NCBI GenBank assembly: GCA_965602015.1 | Contig: OZ271918.1 | Coordinates: 1,024,001 to 1,088,000 of the forward strand | Length of the DNA stretch: 64,000 bases | DNA from: Salinispira sp. | Lineage (GTDB): Bacteria > Spirochaetota > Spirochaetia > DSM-27196 > Salinispiraceae | Reading direction: 5' to 3' | In this document: positions 21,378 to 31,968 of the stretch, piece by piece | Position numbering within the stretch: the stretch's first letter is position 1 | How the letters are laid out: every line of letters starts with the position of its first letter | Notes under the pieces: model-generated | What the model saw: the letters and a program-made list of their open reading frames with translations, nothing else | Databases searched by the model: none | Told to the model about the DNA's origin: nothing | Translations under genes and position numbers: made by a program

Positions 21378-22436
21378 CTATGCCTGGAGGGCTTCCTGTG
21401 AAGCGCTGAGCTTCAGGGCGTCGACAATTTCATCCATTTCTCCCTGGAGAACCGAATCGAGCTTATGAAGGGTCAGCCCGATGCGATGATCGGTCACCCG
21501 GCTCTGGGGAAAGTTGTAGGTGCGGATTCTCTGTGAACGGTCGCCGCTGCCGATCTGGCTTTTGCGCTCCGCCGCTTCTTCGGCCTGGCGCTTGGATTCT
21601 TCAAGTTCGTAAAGCCGCGCCGTGAGCACCCGCATTGCCTTCGCCCGGTTTTTGATCTGGGATTTTTCGTCCTGACAGCTGACAACCAGACCGGTGGGAA
21701 GGTGGGTTATGCGGACCGCCGAATCTGTGGTGTTTACGCTTTGGCCACCGGGACCCGAGGACCGGAATACGTCGATGCGCAGGTCGTTCTCGTTGATTTC
21801 AATGTCGGTTTCCTCGGCTTCCGGCAGGACTGCCACGGTACAGGCAGAGGTGTGAATCCGCCCGCCGCTTTCCGTGGAGGGAACCCGTTGCACCCGGTGT
21901 CCCCCGGATTCGTAGCGCAGGGTTCCGTAGGCGTCTTTTCCGTTTACCGAAAAAATCACTTCCTTTAGTCCGCCGATTTCCGTTTCGCTGATGGTGATAA
22001 TTTCGTGCTTCCAGCCCCGTTTTTCCGCATATCGGCTGTACATCCGGTAAAGGTCCGCGGCAAAGAGGGCCGCTTCGTCCCCGCCGGTGCCGGCGCGAAT
22101 TTCCATGATGATATTTTTGCCGTCCAGGGGATCCCGGGGGACCAGAAGCAGCTTGAGCTTCCCTTCCAGCTCCTCGATTTTTGGTTCGAGCTTGGCGATT
22201 TCTTCGCCGGCCATCGCCTTCATATCCGGATCGCTGTCTGACATCATTATACGCGCTTCATCCAGGTCCGCCCTGGCCTGACGGTATTCGGCGTATCTCT
22301 CGACTATTTCGTGCAGATGAGAGTGTTCCTGCATGGCCTCCTTGTAGGCCTTGGGATTTTTATGCAGATCAGGATCGAGGATGATCTGCTGCAGTTCCTC
22401 AAATCGCTCGACCATTTGTTCAAGTTTGTCGATCAT
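21378..22436 (-). CDS. prfA: Peptide chain release factor 1
   Basis: GGQ motif, VPST recognition loop, IRTYNFPQ. Confidence 0.97.
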   Translation of the reverse strand: MIDKLEQMVERFEELQQIILDPDLHKNPKAYKEAMQEHSHLHEIVERYAEYRQARADLDEARIMMSDSDPDMKAMAGEEIAKLEPKIEELEGKLKLLLVPRDPLDGKNIIMEIRAGTGGDEAALFAADLYRMYSRYAEKRGWKHEIITISETEIGGLKEVIFSVNGKDAYGTLRYESGGHRVQRVPSTESGGRIHTSACTVAVLPEAEETDIEINENDLRIDVFRSSGPGGQSVNTTDSAVRITHLPTGLVVSCQDEKSQIKNRAKAMRVLTARLYELEESKRQAEEAAERKSQIGSGDRSQRIRTYNFPQSRVTDHRIGLTLHKLDSVLQGEMDEIVDALKLSASQEALQA

Positions 22437-23038
22437 TCCGATACATCTCCTGGGGATTCATCTGCTTCAGGCTCCTGTGAATCCTGTCCTGCATGGACAA
22501 AACCGAAAATCGATCCGATTGCTCCGCCGAGTATATGGGTAAGCTGGGAAATGGAATCGGCCTCCATCGCGGCGATCACTTCCCGAAGGAGATAAATAAC
22601 CACCACCAAAACGAACGAAAGGGGAATTTCCCCGCGCCGCACATTGGTAAAGCTCGCCAGAAGAATCATCATAAAGACGACGCCGCTTGCTCCCAGCAGC
22701 CGGGCATCGCTGATCAGGATGTTCGCCAGCCCCGTTACCAACGCCGTCACCAGAATCATGAGCACCATGCTTCCCGAACCGTGTTTTTCCTCGAGAATCG
22801 GACCCAAGAGCAGTATCAGTGCGAGGTTCCCTAAAAGATGCTCCACCCCCGCATGTCCCAATACATGGGAGAACAGCCGTATCCAGTCAAGAAAAAGCCC
22901 GGGATTCATGCCGGGGCCGACGGAAAAAACCGTCAGCTGTATTTCACCGGGAAGAATGAGATCAATAATGAGGATAATAACTGATGCGAAAGAAAAGCTC
23001 AGGGTAACCGGAGCGTTGTAGCGCAGCCGAATTTTCAT
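22433..23038 (-). CDS. Rhomboid family intramembrane serine protease
   Basis: HLLGN, GASG and THILGG motifs. Confidence 0.9.
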   Translation of the reverse strand: MKIRLRYNAPVTLSFSFASVIILIIDLILPGEIQLTVFSVGPGMNPGLFLDWIRLFSHVLGHAGVEHLLGNLALILLLGPILEEKHGSGSMVLMILVTALVTGLANILISDARLLGASGVVFMMILLASFTNVRRGEIPLSFVLVVVIYLLREVIAAMEADSISQLTHILGGAIGSIFGFVHAGQDSQEPEADESPGDVSE

Positions 23039-23048
23039 TGTTTTCCGC

Positions 23049-23813
23049 CTATGCCTCTATGTCCAGGGAGACCGGACAGTGGTCCGAGCCCATAATGTCC
23101 TGATGTATGTCCGCCGCTTTTACTTTTGGAGCGAAACCGCGGTTTACGCAGTTGTAGTCGATGCGCCAGCCGATATTCCGCTCCCGGGCCTTCATCCGGT
23201 AGCTCCACCAGGAGTACTGCCGTTCCTCGGTATTAAACATCCGGAATGAATCCACGTAGCCGGCGTCGATGAATCGGTCCATCCACTCCCGCTCTTCGGG
23301 CAGGTAACCGGGATTTTTTTCATTTTGCTTGGGATTTTCCAGATCGATGGGTTTGTGGGCCACATTGTAGTCACCGTTTATCACCAGGTTCTTTCCCTCG
23401 GCCACCAGGGCGTCAGCCCATTCGAGCACCGCATTGTTGAAGTCAAGCTTGTAGTCCAACCGTGCGCCTTCGGCCTGGCTGTTGGGAAAATATGCGGTCA
23501 TCAGGGTAAATTCCGGGTATTCGGCGATGAGCACCCGTCCTTCGTCGTCAAAGCGCTCGATGCCGAAGGTGCTTACCGACAGCGGTTCCTCTTTCGAATA
23601 AATGGCGACGCCGCTGTATCCCTTGCGGGAAGCCGATGCGAAATAACTGTAAAAACCTTTGGGTTCGGCCAGGGAAGGGGAGAGCTGTTCTTTATGGGCC
23701 TTGGTTTCCTGCAGGCAGACAATATCTCCACCGCAGCTATTCAGCCATTCAATAAAACCCTTTTTTTCCGCTGCCCGAATGCCGTTGACGTTCCACGAGT
23801 AGATGCGTTTCAT
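23049..23813 (-). CDS. xth: Exodeoxyribonuclease III
   Basis: SWNVNGIRA, CLQETK, GDYNVAH, GWRIDY, SDHCP. Confidence 0.96.
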   Translation of the reverse strand: MKRIYSWNVNGIRAAEKKGFIEWLNSCGGDIVCLQETKAHKEQLSPSLAEPKGFYSYFASASRKGYSGVAIYSKEEPLSVSTFGIERFDDEGRVLIAEYPEFTLMTAYFPNSQAEGARLDYKLDFNNAVLEWADALVAEGKNLVINGDYNVAHKPIDLENPKQNEKNPGYLPEEREWMDRFIDAGYVDSFRMFNTEERQYSWWSYRMKARERNIGWRIDYNCVNRGFAPKVKAADIHQDIMGSDHCPVSLDIEA

Positions 23814-23834
23814 AGTCTGTCAAGATACGACGTT

Positions 23835-25850
23835 TTATCCCTGTGTTTCAAGTTCGGCTAACCGACCGCCGACCTCCAGCCAGAGCTCCTGCTCCCTGTC
23901 CCGCTTTTCCTCGAGGCTGCGAAGTTCATCCTGCATGGAGCTGATTCGCTGGCCATCGGTGTAGTTTTCCGGCAGCGACATTGCCTTCTGAAGCTCTCTA
24001 ATGGACTCCTCAAGCTCGTCAACCATATCCATGAGGCGCTCTTCTTCCTTTTGCAGCTTTTGAATCTCGCTTCGGCGCTTTTTCATTTCCTCATGGCTTA
24101 TGGCGTTGGCGCTTTTGTCCGCCGGCGATTCGCCCTCCGTTCGCTTTGATGCTGCAGAGCTGTTTGCGGCATGGTTAGCCGGGGAGGTTCCCGGTGAGGT
24201 TTCCGGGGTCCGGGAAGCATTGAGTTCCTTCCAGTGAAGGTAATAGTCGTAATTTCCCGGGATGTTGCTCACCGGCCGCCAGTTGCGGTTATCCCGGGGG
24301 ATCGCCAGTTCCACCACGCGGGTAGCCAGTTCGCGGATAAAAAACTCGTCGTGGCTCACGAAAAGGATGGTTCCCGAATACTGACGCAGGGCGTCGAGCA
24401 GGACCTCCTTGCTGCTGAGGTCCAGGTGATTCGTGGGCTCGTCGAGGATGAGCAGGTTGCTGGGTTCCAGAAGCATTTTTACCAGGGCGACCCGGCTTTT
24501 CTCACCTCCGCTGAGAACCGAAACCGATTTGTGGATATCATCGCCCCGAAAGAGGAAGGCTCCCAGGATATTTCTCAGTTCGGGAATCAGGGCAGTCGGT
24601 GCTGAAGACTCGATTTCCTCAATTATGCTGTTGCCCGGGTCGAGTTCGCCCTCGGACTCCTGGGCGAAGTAGGCGGGTGCAACTTGTGCTCCGCTGCGAA
24701 GCTCCCCGGCGAAATCATTGTCCCTTCCTGCCAGAACCCGCAACAGGGTAGATTTCCCGGCGCCGTTGGGCCCGAGGACAACGCATCGGTCTCCCCTGGA
24801 AAACTCCAGATCGAGATCCTTGAAAATATGAAGATCGCCGTAGGATTTTTCAAGGCCCGCGGCCTGCATCACCATATCTCCCGAGCGGGGGGCCTCGGGA
24901 AAGCGTATGTTAACTCTCTTGAGTCCTTCGGGGATTTCTATGGGCCGGATCTTTTCCAGCTGCTTTACCCGGCTCTGGACCTGGGCAGCCTTGCTTGCAT
25001 TGGACCGGAAACGCCGGATAAAATCTTCGAGCTGCCGGATTTCTTCCTGCTGCTGATCGTACTGCTTCACCAGCTGAATCATTTCTTCCTTTCTGCGCTG
25101 CTCGTAGCTGCTGTAGTTACCCTTCCATACCCGAAGCTGAGCCATGAACAGCTCTGCTACCTCGCTCACCGTGGAGTCCAGGAATCCCCGGTCGTGGCTG
25201 ACCATAAGCACTCCCCCGGGGAAGCGCTGGAGCTGATCGGAGAGCCATGCCCGGGCTTCCAGGTCGAGGTAGTTCGTCGGCTCATCCAGGAGCATCACGT
25301 CGGGTTGCTCCAAAAGCAGCTTCGCCAGAACGATGCGCATCTGCCAGCCCCCGGAAAATTCTCCGCAGCTTTTTTCTGCGTCCCGGGGAGCGAAGCCAAG
25401 ACCGTTCAACACCTCGCCGATGTACTGTTCTCTCTGGTAGTAACGGCTTGAGAGGATTCGTTCGCTGAGCAGGTGATGCTCCTCAAGAAGCGCCCGGGTT
25501 TCACTGTCTTCCCGGCTTTTTTTCTTGAGACGGGCGCCCAGGTCATCGAGTCTGGCCTCGTCTTCCTTGAAGTGGTCAAATGCGGTTTCCATCTCATCCC
25601 GCAGGCTGTGATTGCGGTGTTCAATGCCGGACTGCGGGAGGTATGAAACCCTGACTCCCGGTTTGGCCGAGACCCGGCCTCCCTCGGATTCCATAAGCCC
25701 CGCGAGTATCTTCATTAATGTGGTTTTTCCGCTCCCGTTGGCCCCGCTCAAGGCGATCCGGCCGCGAACCGGAATGCGAAGGCTGACCGATGCGAGGATC
25801 GGCCGGTCGCCGAAGGAGAGGGAAAGTTCGTCGGCCTGAAGCAGGAGCAT
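23835..25850 (-). CDS. ABC-F family ATP-binding protein
   Basis: Two NBDs (GANGSGKT, GPNGAGKS), LDEPTN twice, no TM segments, C-terminal coiled coil. Confidence 0.93.
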   Translation of the reverse strand: MLLLQADELSLSFGDRPILASVSLRIPVRGRIALSGANGSGKTTLMKILAGLMESEGGRVSAKPGVRVSYLPQSGIEHRNHSLRDEMETAFDHFKEDEARLDDLGARLKKKSREDSETRALLEEHHLLSERILSSRYYQREQYIGEVLNGLGFAPRDAEKSCGEFSGGWQMRIVLAKLLLEQPDVMLLDEPTNYLDLEARAWLSDQLQRFPGGVLMVSHDRGFLDSTVSEVAELFMAQLRVWKGNYSSYEQRRKEEMIQLVKQYDQQQEEIRQLEDFIRRFRSNASKAAQVQSRVKQLEKIRPIEIPEGLKRVNIRFPEAPRSGDMVMQAAGLEKSYGDLHIFKDLDLEFSRGDRCVVLGPNGAGKSTLLRVLAGRDNDFAGELRSGAQVAPAYFAQESEGELDPGNSIIEEIESSAPTALIPELRNILGAFLFRGDDIHKSVSVLSGGEKSRVALVKMLLEPSNLLILDEPTNHLDLSSKEVLLDALRQYSGTILFVSHDEFFIRELATRVVELAIPRDNRNWRPVSNIPGNYDYYLHWKELNASRTPETSPGTSPANHAANSSAASKRTEGESPADKSANAISHEEMKKRRSEIQKLQKEEERLMDMVDELEESIRELQKAMSLPENYTDGQRISSMQDELRSLEEKRDREQELWLEVGGRLAELETQG

Positions 25851-25856
25851 GGAAAA

Positions 25857-27161
25857 CTACTCTTCGATGGTAAAAAAGATGACAAACGGACTGAGTGCCT
25901 GTCTGATCACCAGGTTTCGGTCGATATTCTGCGGCGGGATGTACTCAAGCTGCAGACCTCCGTTTGCAAATCGATAAAAGAAATTCATGCTATTTCTAAT
26001 GCTCTGTCCCGGCTGGGTCATGCTGACCGCACCGTCGTAGTTCGCCGAAACCTGCCGGCTCACGTAGAGGTTGAAGGAAAGCTGAGCCCTGCCGGTGAAC
26101 CAGGGGGGCAGCATGCTCTGATCCAGGCCTCCGTAACGGGACCAGGAGAGGCTGCCGTTTTCCGAGAGTTGAATACTGCCATAACTGCTGGACGCCAGGT
26201 TGCCGCCCCGGGAAACAAAGTCTTCCAGGACCCTTTGCCTCCGGCCCAGTTCATTTTCGATTATCAGCGAGACGTCCTGGTCGATGCGCACCAGGCTTTC
26301 CTGATAGGTGTCTCCGTCCAGATTGAACTGAATGGAAATGTTCCGCTCATTAAATGCGGAAATCTGCAGGCCCGACCCCGAGGCCACGTACTCCTTGAAT
26401 CGAGCCCTGAAAATTTCGTCATAACTAAAAACCTGGTTGTATTCTTCCGTCACTAATGTGAATGTCTGATTCTCTGCATCGTGGGCAAAAAAGTATTCGT
26501 CGCGAAATCTGCTCAAGTCGTAGGTGTTGTCCCTGATCATCCAACCAAAGTAATCGGGCCGCCAGCGGCCGTTGAGAATCGAGCTGAGATACACATCTTC
26601 CTCGGTTTCCTCTTTTTCTATGGAGACGCCCTGATTATCCACTACGTCCAGCCGGTACCCAAAAACGAACCCACGGGTGCCGTTTTCCGTAATTATCTCA
26701 AACCAGTAATCCGTCAAACCGCCGACTTCCACCACATCGTCGGTGCGGTCCAGGATTTTTACCCGCTCGCCTTCGCGCAGGCGGTAGAGTATGGTCGACG
26801 TGGGATCAGTCGCCATGAAGCGGCGCACCGGCAAAGCCTGTATTTCCGCCACGCCGAAATAGGGAGCCCATTCAGCGTATCCGTCAAATATTCTCTGTAA
26901 ATCTTCCCGGTCTTCACCTCTGAGAATCCGCCAGTTCTCCACTTCGATAAACTGTTCCCGGTCTTCGCTGTCTATGTATCTGATATTATAGCTCTGCCGC
27001 AATTCGGATTCTGTGAGGATATCGACGATGCTTCCCGATGGCAGGGGCTCTTCATCAGTCGACCATACCAGTACGCCCTGGTCGATGACCCGGGGACCGC
27101 AGGATATCAGAGTGAGCGATGTTGCCAAAATGGCCGACGCGAGCATATGTCGTTTCTTCAC
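25857..27161 (-). CDS. SH3-domain lipoprotein
   Basis: Lipobox LISC; LYRLREGERVKIL...WFEIITENGTRGFVFG bacterial SH3 signature. Confidence 0.75.
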   Translation of the reverse strand: MKKRHMLASAILATSLTLISCGPRVIDQGVLVWSTDEEPLPSGSIVDILTESELRQSYNIRYIDSEDREQFIEVENWRILRGEDREDLQRIFDGYAEWAPYFGVAEIQALPVRRFMATDPTSTILYRLREGERVKILDRTDDVVEVGGLTDYWFEIITENGTRGFVFGYRLDVVDNQGVSIEKEETEEDVYLSSILNGRWRPDYFGWMIRDNTYDLSRFRDEYFFAHDAENQTFTLVTEEYNQVFSYDEIFRARFKEYVASGSGLQISAFNERNISIQFNLDGDTYQESLVRIDQDVSLIIENELGRRQRVLEDFVSRGGNLASSSYGSIQLSENGSLSWSRYGGLDQSMLPPWFTGRAQLSFNLYVSRQVSANYDGAVSMTQPGQSIRNSMNFFYRFANGGLQLEYIPPQNIDRNLVIRQALSPFVIFFTIEE

Positions 27162-27250
27162 GGGAATCTCCTCAGGTTGCGCCGGTAAAGATGCGCATGT
27201 GGCTGATATGAGGAAATATCATGTTATGGGTTGATAATCAAGGGAAGGCT

Positions 27251-28111
27251 TTACCGGGAAGGGCCGATGATGAGTATTCGTCCTTCTCTCAAAAGCCGGC
27301 GGCCGTTCTCGCTGTGCAAAAGGACGTCGGCGTCCGCCCGGGGAATTTTTAGGTCCGCCGGTACAATGCCAAACAGTCCGGTGGCGATGATGCGATAAGG
27401 ATTGGTTCCGATGCGTTCGACGTGTTCCCTCTCGGAGAAATCCGATGAATAGACCGCGGTGCCCCAGCGCGAGGCGTATTCCGGGTCCATGCGGTTTCGA
27501 TTTACCAGGAGCCGCAGATTGTCATCGTAAATAACAGGAAAAATTGCCGGTTGGATATGGCTGAGGCTTCCGCCCTCGCCGTGCACCGGCAGGGGACGTG
27601 CCGCGTAAATGACGATCCCGGTGAAATCCGATCCGGGCTGCCAACCGAGAACTTCTTCCATGGGAAAGGCATTGTTGTGCCGCACCAGTACGCTGCTGAG
27701 GGTCGGGAAAATATCGAGTTCATAGCCCACCACGACGCTGTCCAACCCGGGCTCCGGGCGGACGAAGGTTTGGCGGGCTCCGGCGCTTATGGTTTCAAGG
27801 GTTCTTAGAAGCTGCCGGTCGCTGCGGACCAGGTCCTTCAGGCTGTTGGCCGAATCGGCTTGTAAACTCATCAGGGCGCCAAGCATGATGTCCCGAATTT
27901 CCCGATCAACATTTCTCTCGGCTTTGAACAGCGAGGCGGGGCGGTTGTAGGCGTCGGGAGCCGCTGCCTGGGTAATCTCCATGCGAATGACGCCTTCTTC
28001 CCAGTCTACCGCGCTACTGACGCTTTGGGAGTACAGGGCAGAAGACAGGAGCAGAAGAAACATGAGGGGGAGAGAAGCGGTTAATCTGTGACGCGGGGTA
28101 TGTGTTTTCAC
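27251..28111 (-). CDS. Exported hypothetical protein
   Basis: Signal peptide; overlaps the stop of the upstream MltD-like gene by 4 bp. Confidence 0.6.
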   Translation of the reverse strand: MKTHTPRHRLTASLPLMFLLLLSSALYSQSVSSAVDWEEGVIRMEITQAAAPDAYNRPASLFKAERNVDREIRDIMLGALMSLQADSANSLKDLVRSDRQLLRTLETISAGARQTFVRPEPGLDSVVVGYELDIFPTLSSVLVRHNNAFPMEEVLGWQPGSDFTGIVIYAARPLPVHGEGGSLSHIQPAIFPVIYDDNLRLLVNRNRMDPEYASRWGTAVYSSDFSEREHVERIGTNPYRIIATGLFGIVPADLKIPRADADVLLHSENGRRLLREGRILIIGPSR

Positions 28112-29289
28112 GGTCTGTTGCTATTATCGGCGGGCTGCGGGGGTATCCTGAGGTATTCGCCCACTTTGAGCGCATTGGATTCCCCCATGCGGTTTATACG
28201 GCGCAGGTCTTCAAGGTTCACCGCATAGCGTCGGCTGATACTCCACAATGTGTCCCCCGGCTCAACCATGTGCCTGGGCTCAGACGGCAACCCGAGGACC
28301 CGCAGCACGGCGCCGGCATAGCGCGCGGGATACTTTACATAATAGGGCCCGGACGGAATATAGCCCTCCAGGTATTCGGCGTTGCCCGCGACGAGCAGGC
28401 TCAAGGGAATGCCGCTGTCCTCTGCGAAGGCCTCCAGAGAGAGCCCGTTGCTCACCAGACGGCGTTCCCACTCGAAGGGCCTGGCCCAGCCGGTATCGAT
28501 CCCGAAACGTCCGGGATACATGGCAATGATGGAAGTAGCAATGTAACGGGGAAGGTAATTGGCCATTTCCTCGCTGATGGTGTTCGCCGCATTTCCGGTT
28601 TCAAGACTCCAGAAACTCCCACCATTCATGCTCCGGGTCATTCTTCCCAGGCCCCCGTTATACGCCCCCAGGGCGAAGACCCAACTGCCGGTGGTCCGAA
28701 AATTATGCTGCAGTTTCTCTATCGCCGCCCGGGTGCTGATCCAGAAATCGAATCTCTGGTCGTAGGCGATGCCGGTCTCGTTGGCCCTCATCCAGGGCTC
28801 CATTGAATTGTCGGCGAACTGCCACAAACCTCGCGCCCCGGTCCGGCTTTCGGCCCGTATACGAAAGGCGGATTCGATAAAGGCTACGGTGATGAGCTCC
28901 GTGGGAAGCCGGCGGCTCTGAAGCTCGCGGCTGATAAAATCCCGGTAGAGCGCTGCGCGCACATGGCTGCCGGTGTGGCCCCGGAGATAGGCGCTTTGAA
29001 GCTGCCGGGCAATCTCGTCTGAAACCCGTTCTTGGGCTATATCCGCCTGAGAAAATGTAGCGAAGAGCATGGGTCCCATATGGGTCTGCTGCGACGGTAA
29101 GGGGAGGGTTCCCGGGATTTTAATTGAATCGGAATTCCAGGAGGCCGACGGGTTTGACCTTCTGCCGCCGGCGGCCATGCCCTCGGAAGCCGTTATCGGC
29201 AGAGCGAGAACTATCAGGAAGAGAGTTAGTAAACTACGGATTCTATATATTGTTGCCAAAATAAATTCCTGCCCATTCCCAGTTACCAT
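28108..29289 (-). CDS. Lytic transglycosylase with LysM domain (MltD-like); start uncertain
   Basis: IESAF, GARGLWQF, AYNGG; LysM HMVEPGDTLWSISRRY. Confidence 0.88.
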   Translation of the reverse strand: MVTGNGQEFILATIYRIRSLLTLFLIVLALPITASEGMAAGGRRSNPSASWNSDSIKIPGTLPLPSQQTHMGPMLFATFSQADIAQERVSDEIARQLQSAYLRGHTGSHVRAALYRDFISRELQSRRLPTELITVAFIESAFRIRAESRTGARGLWQFADNSMEPWMRANETGIAYDQRFDFWISTRAAIEKLQHNFRTTGSWVFALGAYNGGLGRMTRSMNGGSFWSLETGNAANTISEEMANYLPRYIATSIIAMYPGRFGIDTGWARPFEWERRLVSNGLSLEAFAEDSGIPLSLLVAGNAEYLEGYIPSGPYYVKYPARYAGAVLRVLGLPSEPRHMVEPGDTLWSISRRYAVNLEDLRRINRMGESNALKVGEYLRIPPQPADNSNRP

Positions 29290-30301
29290 GTATTTCAGGA
29301 TCGGCAGGATAATCGATTTTTCTAAAGTAAAAGTACCAGTTCCGCACCCGGTACCCCCAGCCCCAGGTGTGAAGCAGGGCCTCCCGGGAGTTCCGCATGG
29401 TGAGCTCGGGATTTATGTTGATATAGCGCGCCGCCAAAAGGAAGTTCTCTAATCTGAAGTTCTCCGGGCGGGCATTGAGGTCACTGGTTTCCTGGAACCA
29501 GCTCATTGCGAAGAAATTTTCCTTGGACCGGTGTCTCTCAAGAGCCGCCGGGGATTTCCAGCGCAGGGCGTTGGAAATGTTTGCCACCAAGGTTTCCAGA
29601 CTGGGCGATGTCCAGTCCTTCTCACGGTTGAAGTGGAAGGCGAGTTCCTCCAGCACATCCTGGTGGATATTGGGCCGGCCGGGCACCCTGGTGTTGGGAA
29701 ATGCCGTGAACTCCTGAAGGGCATCATAGTATGCGGCGTACAGTCCGTGGTTCCGGTATTCCTGCGCCAGATTGAACCAGGTCAGCCCCAGGTCAATATC
29801 GGCGGGGAAGCGTTCGATAAGCTGACGATATGCGGCGATGCGTTTGTCCGCCGAAGTGATTTGACCGAGCAGGCCGTTGAGCGCCATAAAATGGGAAGAG
29901 CGGGCCGCCACTATCACATCTGGGTAAGAAGTCAGCAGCCTCTGATAATAGTACTCGCTGAGTTCCGGGGCCGTTGCGGCGTAGTAATCTCCCAGGAGCA
30001 GAACGTAGTAGGCATTGTAGGGGTCATCAGAGTGGGATGAAGTGTACTGGTCGATAAATGAACGCAGATCATCAATGCCCCGCTGCTGGTAAATCCGGCG
30101 GATGGTCTTGTCTATCAAAACAAATCGGCTCGAGTAGTCCTGTTCTTCAAGGAGCCGTATTATATCAGTATTATATTCGCTCCCGAGGAAGCGGTACTCC
30201 TTGGGGACCGGATTCGTGAAGCAGGATGTCATGGCGATGATGCTCGTTAAAACCACTGTGAGCAATCGCCTTGCCTTGAAGGGTGTCCGGCGGTATTTCA
30301 T
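29243..30301 (-). CDS. TPR-like lipoprotein
   Basis: Start moved to MKYRR; lipobox MTSC; helical repeats (YQRLLTSYP, YRQLIERFP); C-terminal GNWEWAGIYFG. Confidence 0.7.
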   Translation of the reverse strand: MKYRRTPFKARRLLTVVLTSIIAMTSCFTNPVPKEYRFLGSEYNTDIIRLLEEQDYSSRFVLIDKTIRRIYQQRGIDDLRSFIDQYTSSHSDDPYNAYYVLLLGDYYAATAPELSEYYYQRLLTSYPDVIVAARSSHFMALNGLLGQITSADKRIAAYRQLIERFPADIDLGLTWFNLAQEYRNHGLYAAYYDALQEFTAFPNTRVPGRPNIHQDVLEELAFHFNREKDWTSPSLETLVANISNALRWKSPAALERHRSKENFFAMSWFQETSDLNARPENFRLENFLLAARYININPELTMRNSREALLHTWGWGYRVRNWYFYFRKIDYPADPEIHGNWEWAGIYFGNNI

Positions 30302-30341
30302 GGGGAGATAGTAATCAATTTTGACCGACCGAAGCAAGAGA

Positions 30342-31193
30342 ATGAACAACCTGTTTGAGCAGCTATACAAACGGTACAACCGACTGGAATATCTCTCACC
30401 TGATCCCCTGATGCTGGTGCTGCAGTTCGAGGATCGGCGCGATCGGGAGGCGGCGGCGCTGATATCAGCCCTCTTTGCCCTGGGAAGGGTGGAGCTCATC
30501 CTCGATGTTTTGCGGCGGATTTTCGCTGTTTTACCCAGACCGGCCGATATGCTTGAGCGAAGCAGTCCCCAGGACCTTCGCCGTCTGTTGCCGGATATCT
30601 ACTACCGGTTTTTTTCAAGGGAGAGGATTATTGGACTGTTGTCTTCCATAGGGGGGGTGTACCGGCGTTACGGAAGCCTGGAAGCTGCGGCGGGCCGGCG
30701 AACCGAGGGAATCGGCAGCGATGTGGGGGCCCTTCACGCCATGGACAACCTGGGGCTTAGCCTTCGGGAGGCGCTCACCGAGGGTTCGGCCGACGCGCTT
30801 TTGGCCGGTATTGTGTTTCCCCGGGTGAACAAAGAAGCCTTCCACAGGGGCGGGGCGGCTAAGCGGCTTATGCTTTTCCTCCGCTGGATGGTGCGTAAAG
30901 ACAGCATCGATCCCGGCGGTTGGGAGCTGCTGCGGCCCCGTCAGCTCTTTTATCCCCTTGATACCCACATGATGGACATCAGCGGCGCACTGGGCGTCCG
31001 AAGCCGCAAAACCGCCGATATGGCTACGGTAATGGAAATTACCCGATGGTTTGCTTCGTTCGAACCCGATGATCCGGTACGCTACGATTTCTGTTTGACC
31101 CGCTTGGGCATTCACCCGGGCTTGTCAAAGAATGAGTTCATCAATACATTTAGCGCGGAAATGGAATCGATAGGTCATAAGGAGGGTTCATGA
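30342..31193 (+). CDS. TIGR02757/DUF2400 family protein (HhH-GPD-like)
   Basis: KRLMLFLRWMVR, PLDTH, PDDPVRYDF motifs. Confidence 0.88.
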   Translation: MNNLFEQLYKRYNRLEYLSPDPLMLVLQFEDRRDREAAALISALFALGRVELILDVLRRIFAVLPRPADMLERSSPQDLRRLLPDIYYRFFSRERIIGLLSSIGGVYRRYGSLEAAAGRRTEGIGSDVGALHAMDNLGLSLREALTEGSADALLAGIVFPRVNKEAFHRGGAAKRLMLFLRWMVRKDSIDPGGWELLRPRQLFYPLDTHMMDISGALGVRSRKTADMATVMEITRWFASFEPDDPVRYDFCLTRLGIHPGLSKNEFINTFSAEMESIGHKEGS

Positions 31194-31693
31194 AAATTCC
31201 CGCAGCAGTGGAGAAGGCGGTAAACAAACAGATTCAGGAAGAGCTTGAGTCTGCGTATCTGTACCTGGCAATGGCGGCGTATTTTGAGGACGTGGATTTG
31301 CCGGGTTTTGCATCATGGATGAGGTCCCAATATCAAGAGGAACTCGCTCACGCGCACAAGTTTTTTGACTATCTCTTTGAACGGGAAGGCCGGGCTGTGG
31401 TGCCTTCAATCGCCGAACCCAAGAAGGATTGGGAGTCACCCCTCGCTGCCTTTGAAGCGGCTTACAAGCATGAACAGCACATAACTGCGTGCATTACCGA
31501 TCTGGTGCTGGTAGCCCGGAAAGAAGGCGACATTGCCAGTGAGAGCTTTCTCCAATGGTATGTAAACGAACAGGTGGAAGAAGAATCGACTGCCAAGTCG
31601 ATAATTAAGAAGCTGCAGATGGTCGATGATTCCAAGACCGGCCTTTATATGCTGGATAAGGAAATGTCTCAACGGGATTCTATTGCAGAATAG
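31190..31693 (+). CDS. ftnA: Non-haem ferritin
   Basis: EELESAYLY, EELAHA, HEQHIT, FLQWYVNEQVEEE. Confidence 0.95.
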   Translation: MKIPAAVEKAVNKQIQEELESAYLYLAMAAYFEDVDLPGFASWMRSQYQEELAHAHKFFDYLFEREGRAVVPSIAEPKKDWESPLAAFEAAYKHEQHITACITDLVLVARKEGDIASESFLQWYVNEQVEEESTAKSIIKKLQMVDDSKTGLYMLDKEMSQRDSIAE

Positions 31694-31763
31694 CCTCGAG
31701 ACTGTTATCTTTTAACTGCAAGTATGCTGAATTTCCATTCAAGCTTAAAAAAAGGAGCGCTCC

Positions 31764-31925
31764 ATGCAGAAATATGTATGTGAAGTGTGCGGTTACATTT
31801 ACGACCCCGCAGAAGGTGATCCGGACAACGGAGTTGCCGCCGGTACAGCTTTTGAGTCACTCCCGGAAGATTGGGTGTGCCCAATGTGCGGAGCCGGTGT
31901 GGAAGACTTTTCACCTGAAGAGTAA
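31764..31925 (+). CDS. rub: Rubredoxin, 53 aa (absent from the ORF track)
   Basis: [52 protein letters not shown]. Confidence 0.97.
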   Translation: MQKYVCEVCGYIYDPAEGDPDNGVAAGTAFESLPEDWVCPMCGAGVEDFSPEE

Positions 31926-31934
31926 TTCTCAATA

Positions 31935-31962
31935 AAGGGGGCTAAAAACCCCCTTTTTTTTT
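31935..31962 (+). terminator. Rho-independent terminator after rubredoxin
   Basis: AAGGGGG-CTAAAAA-CCCCCTT hairpin followed by a long T tract. Confidence 0.75.
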
Positions 31963-31968
31963 ATCTTT

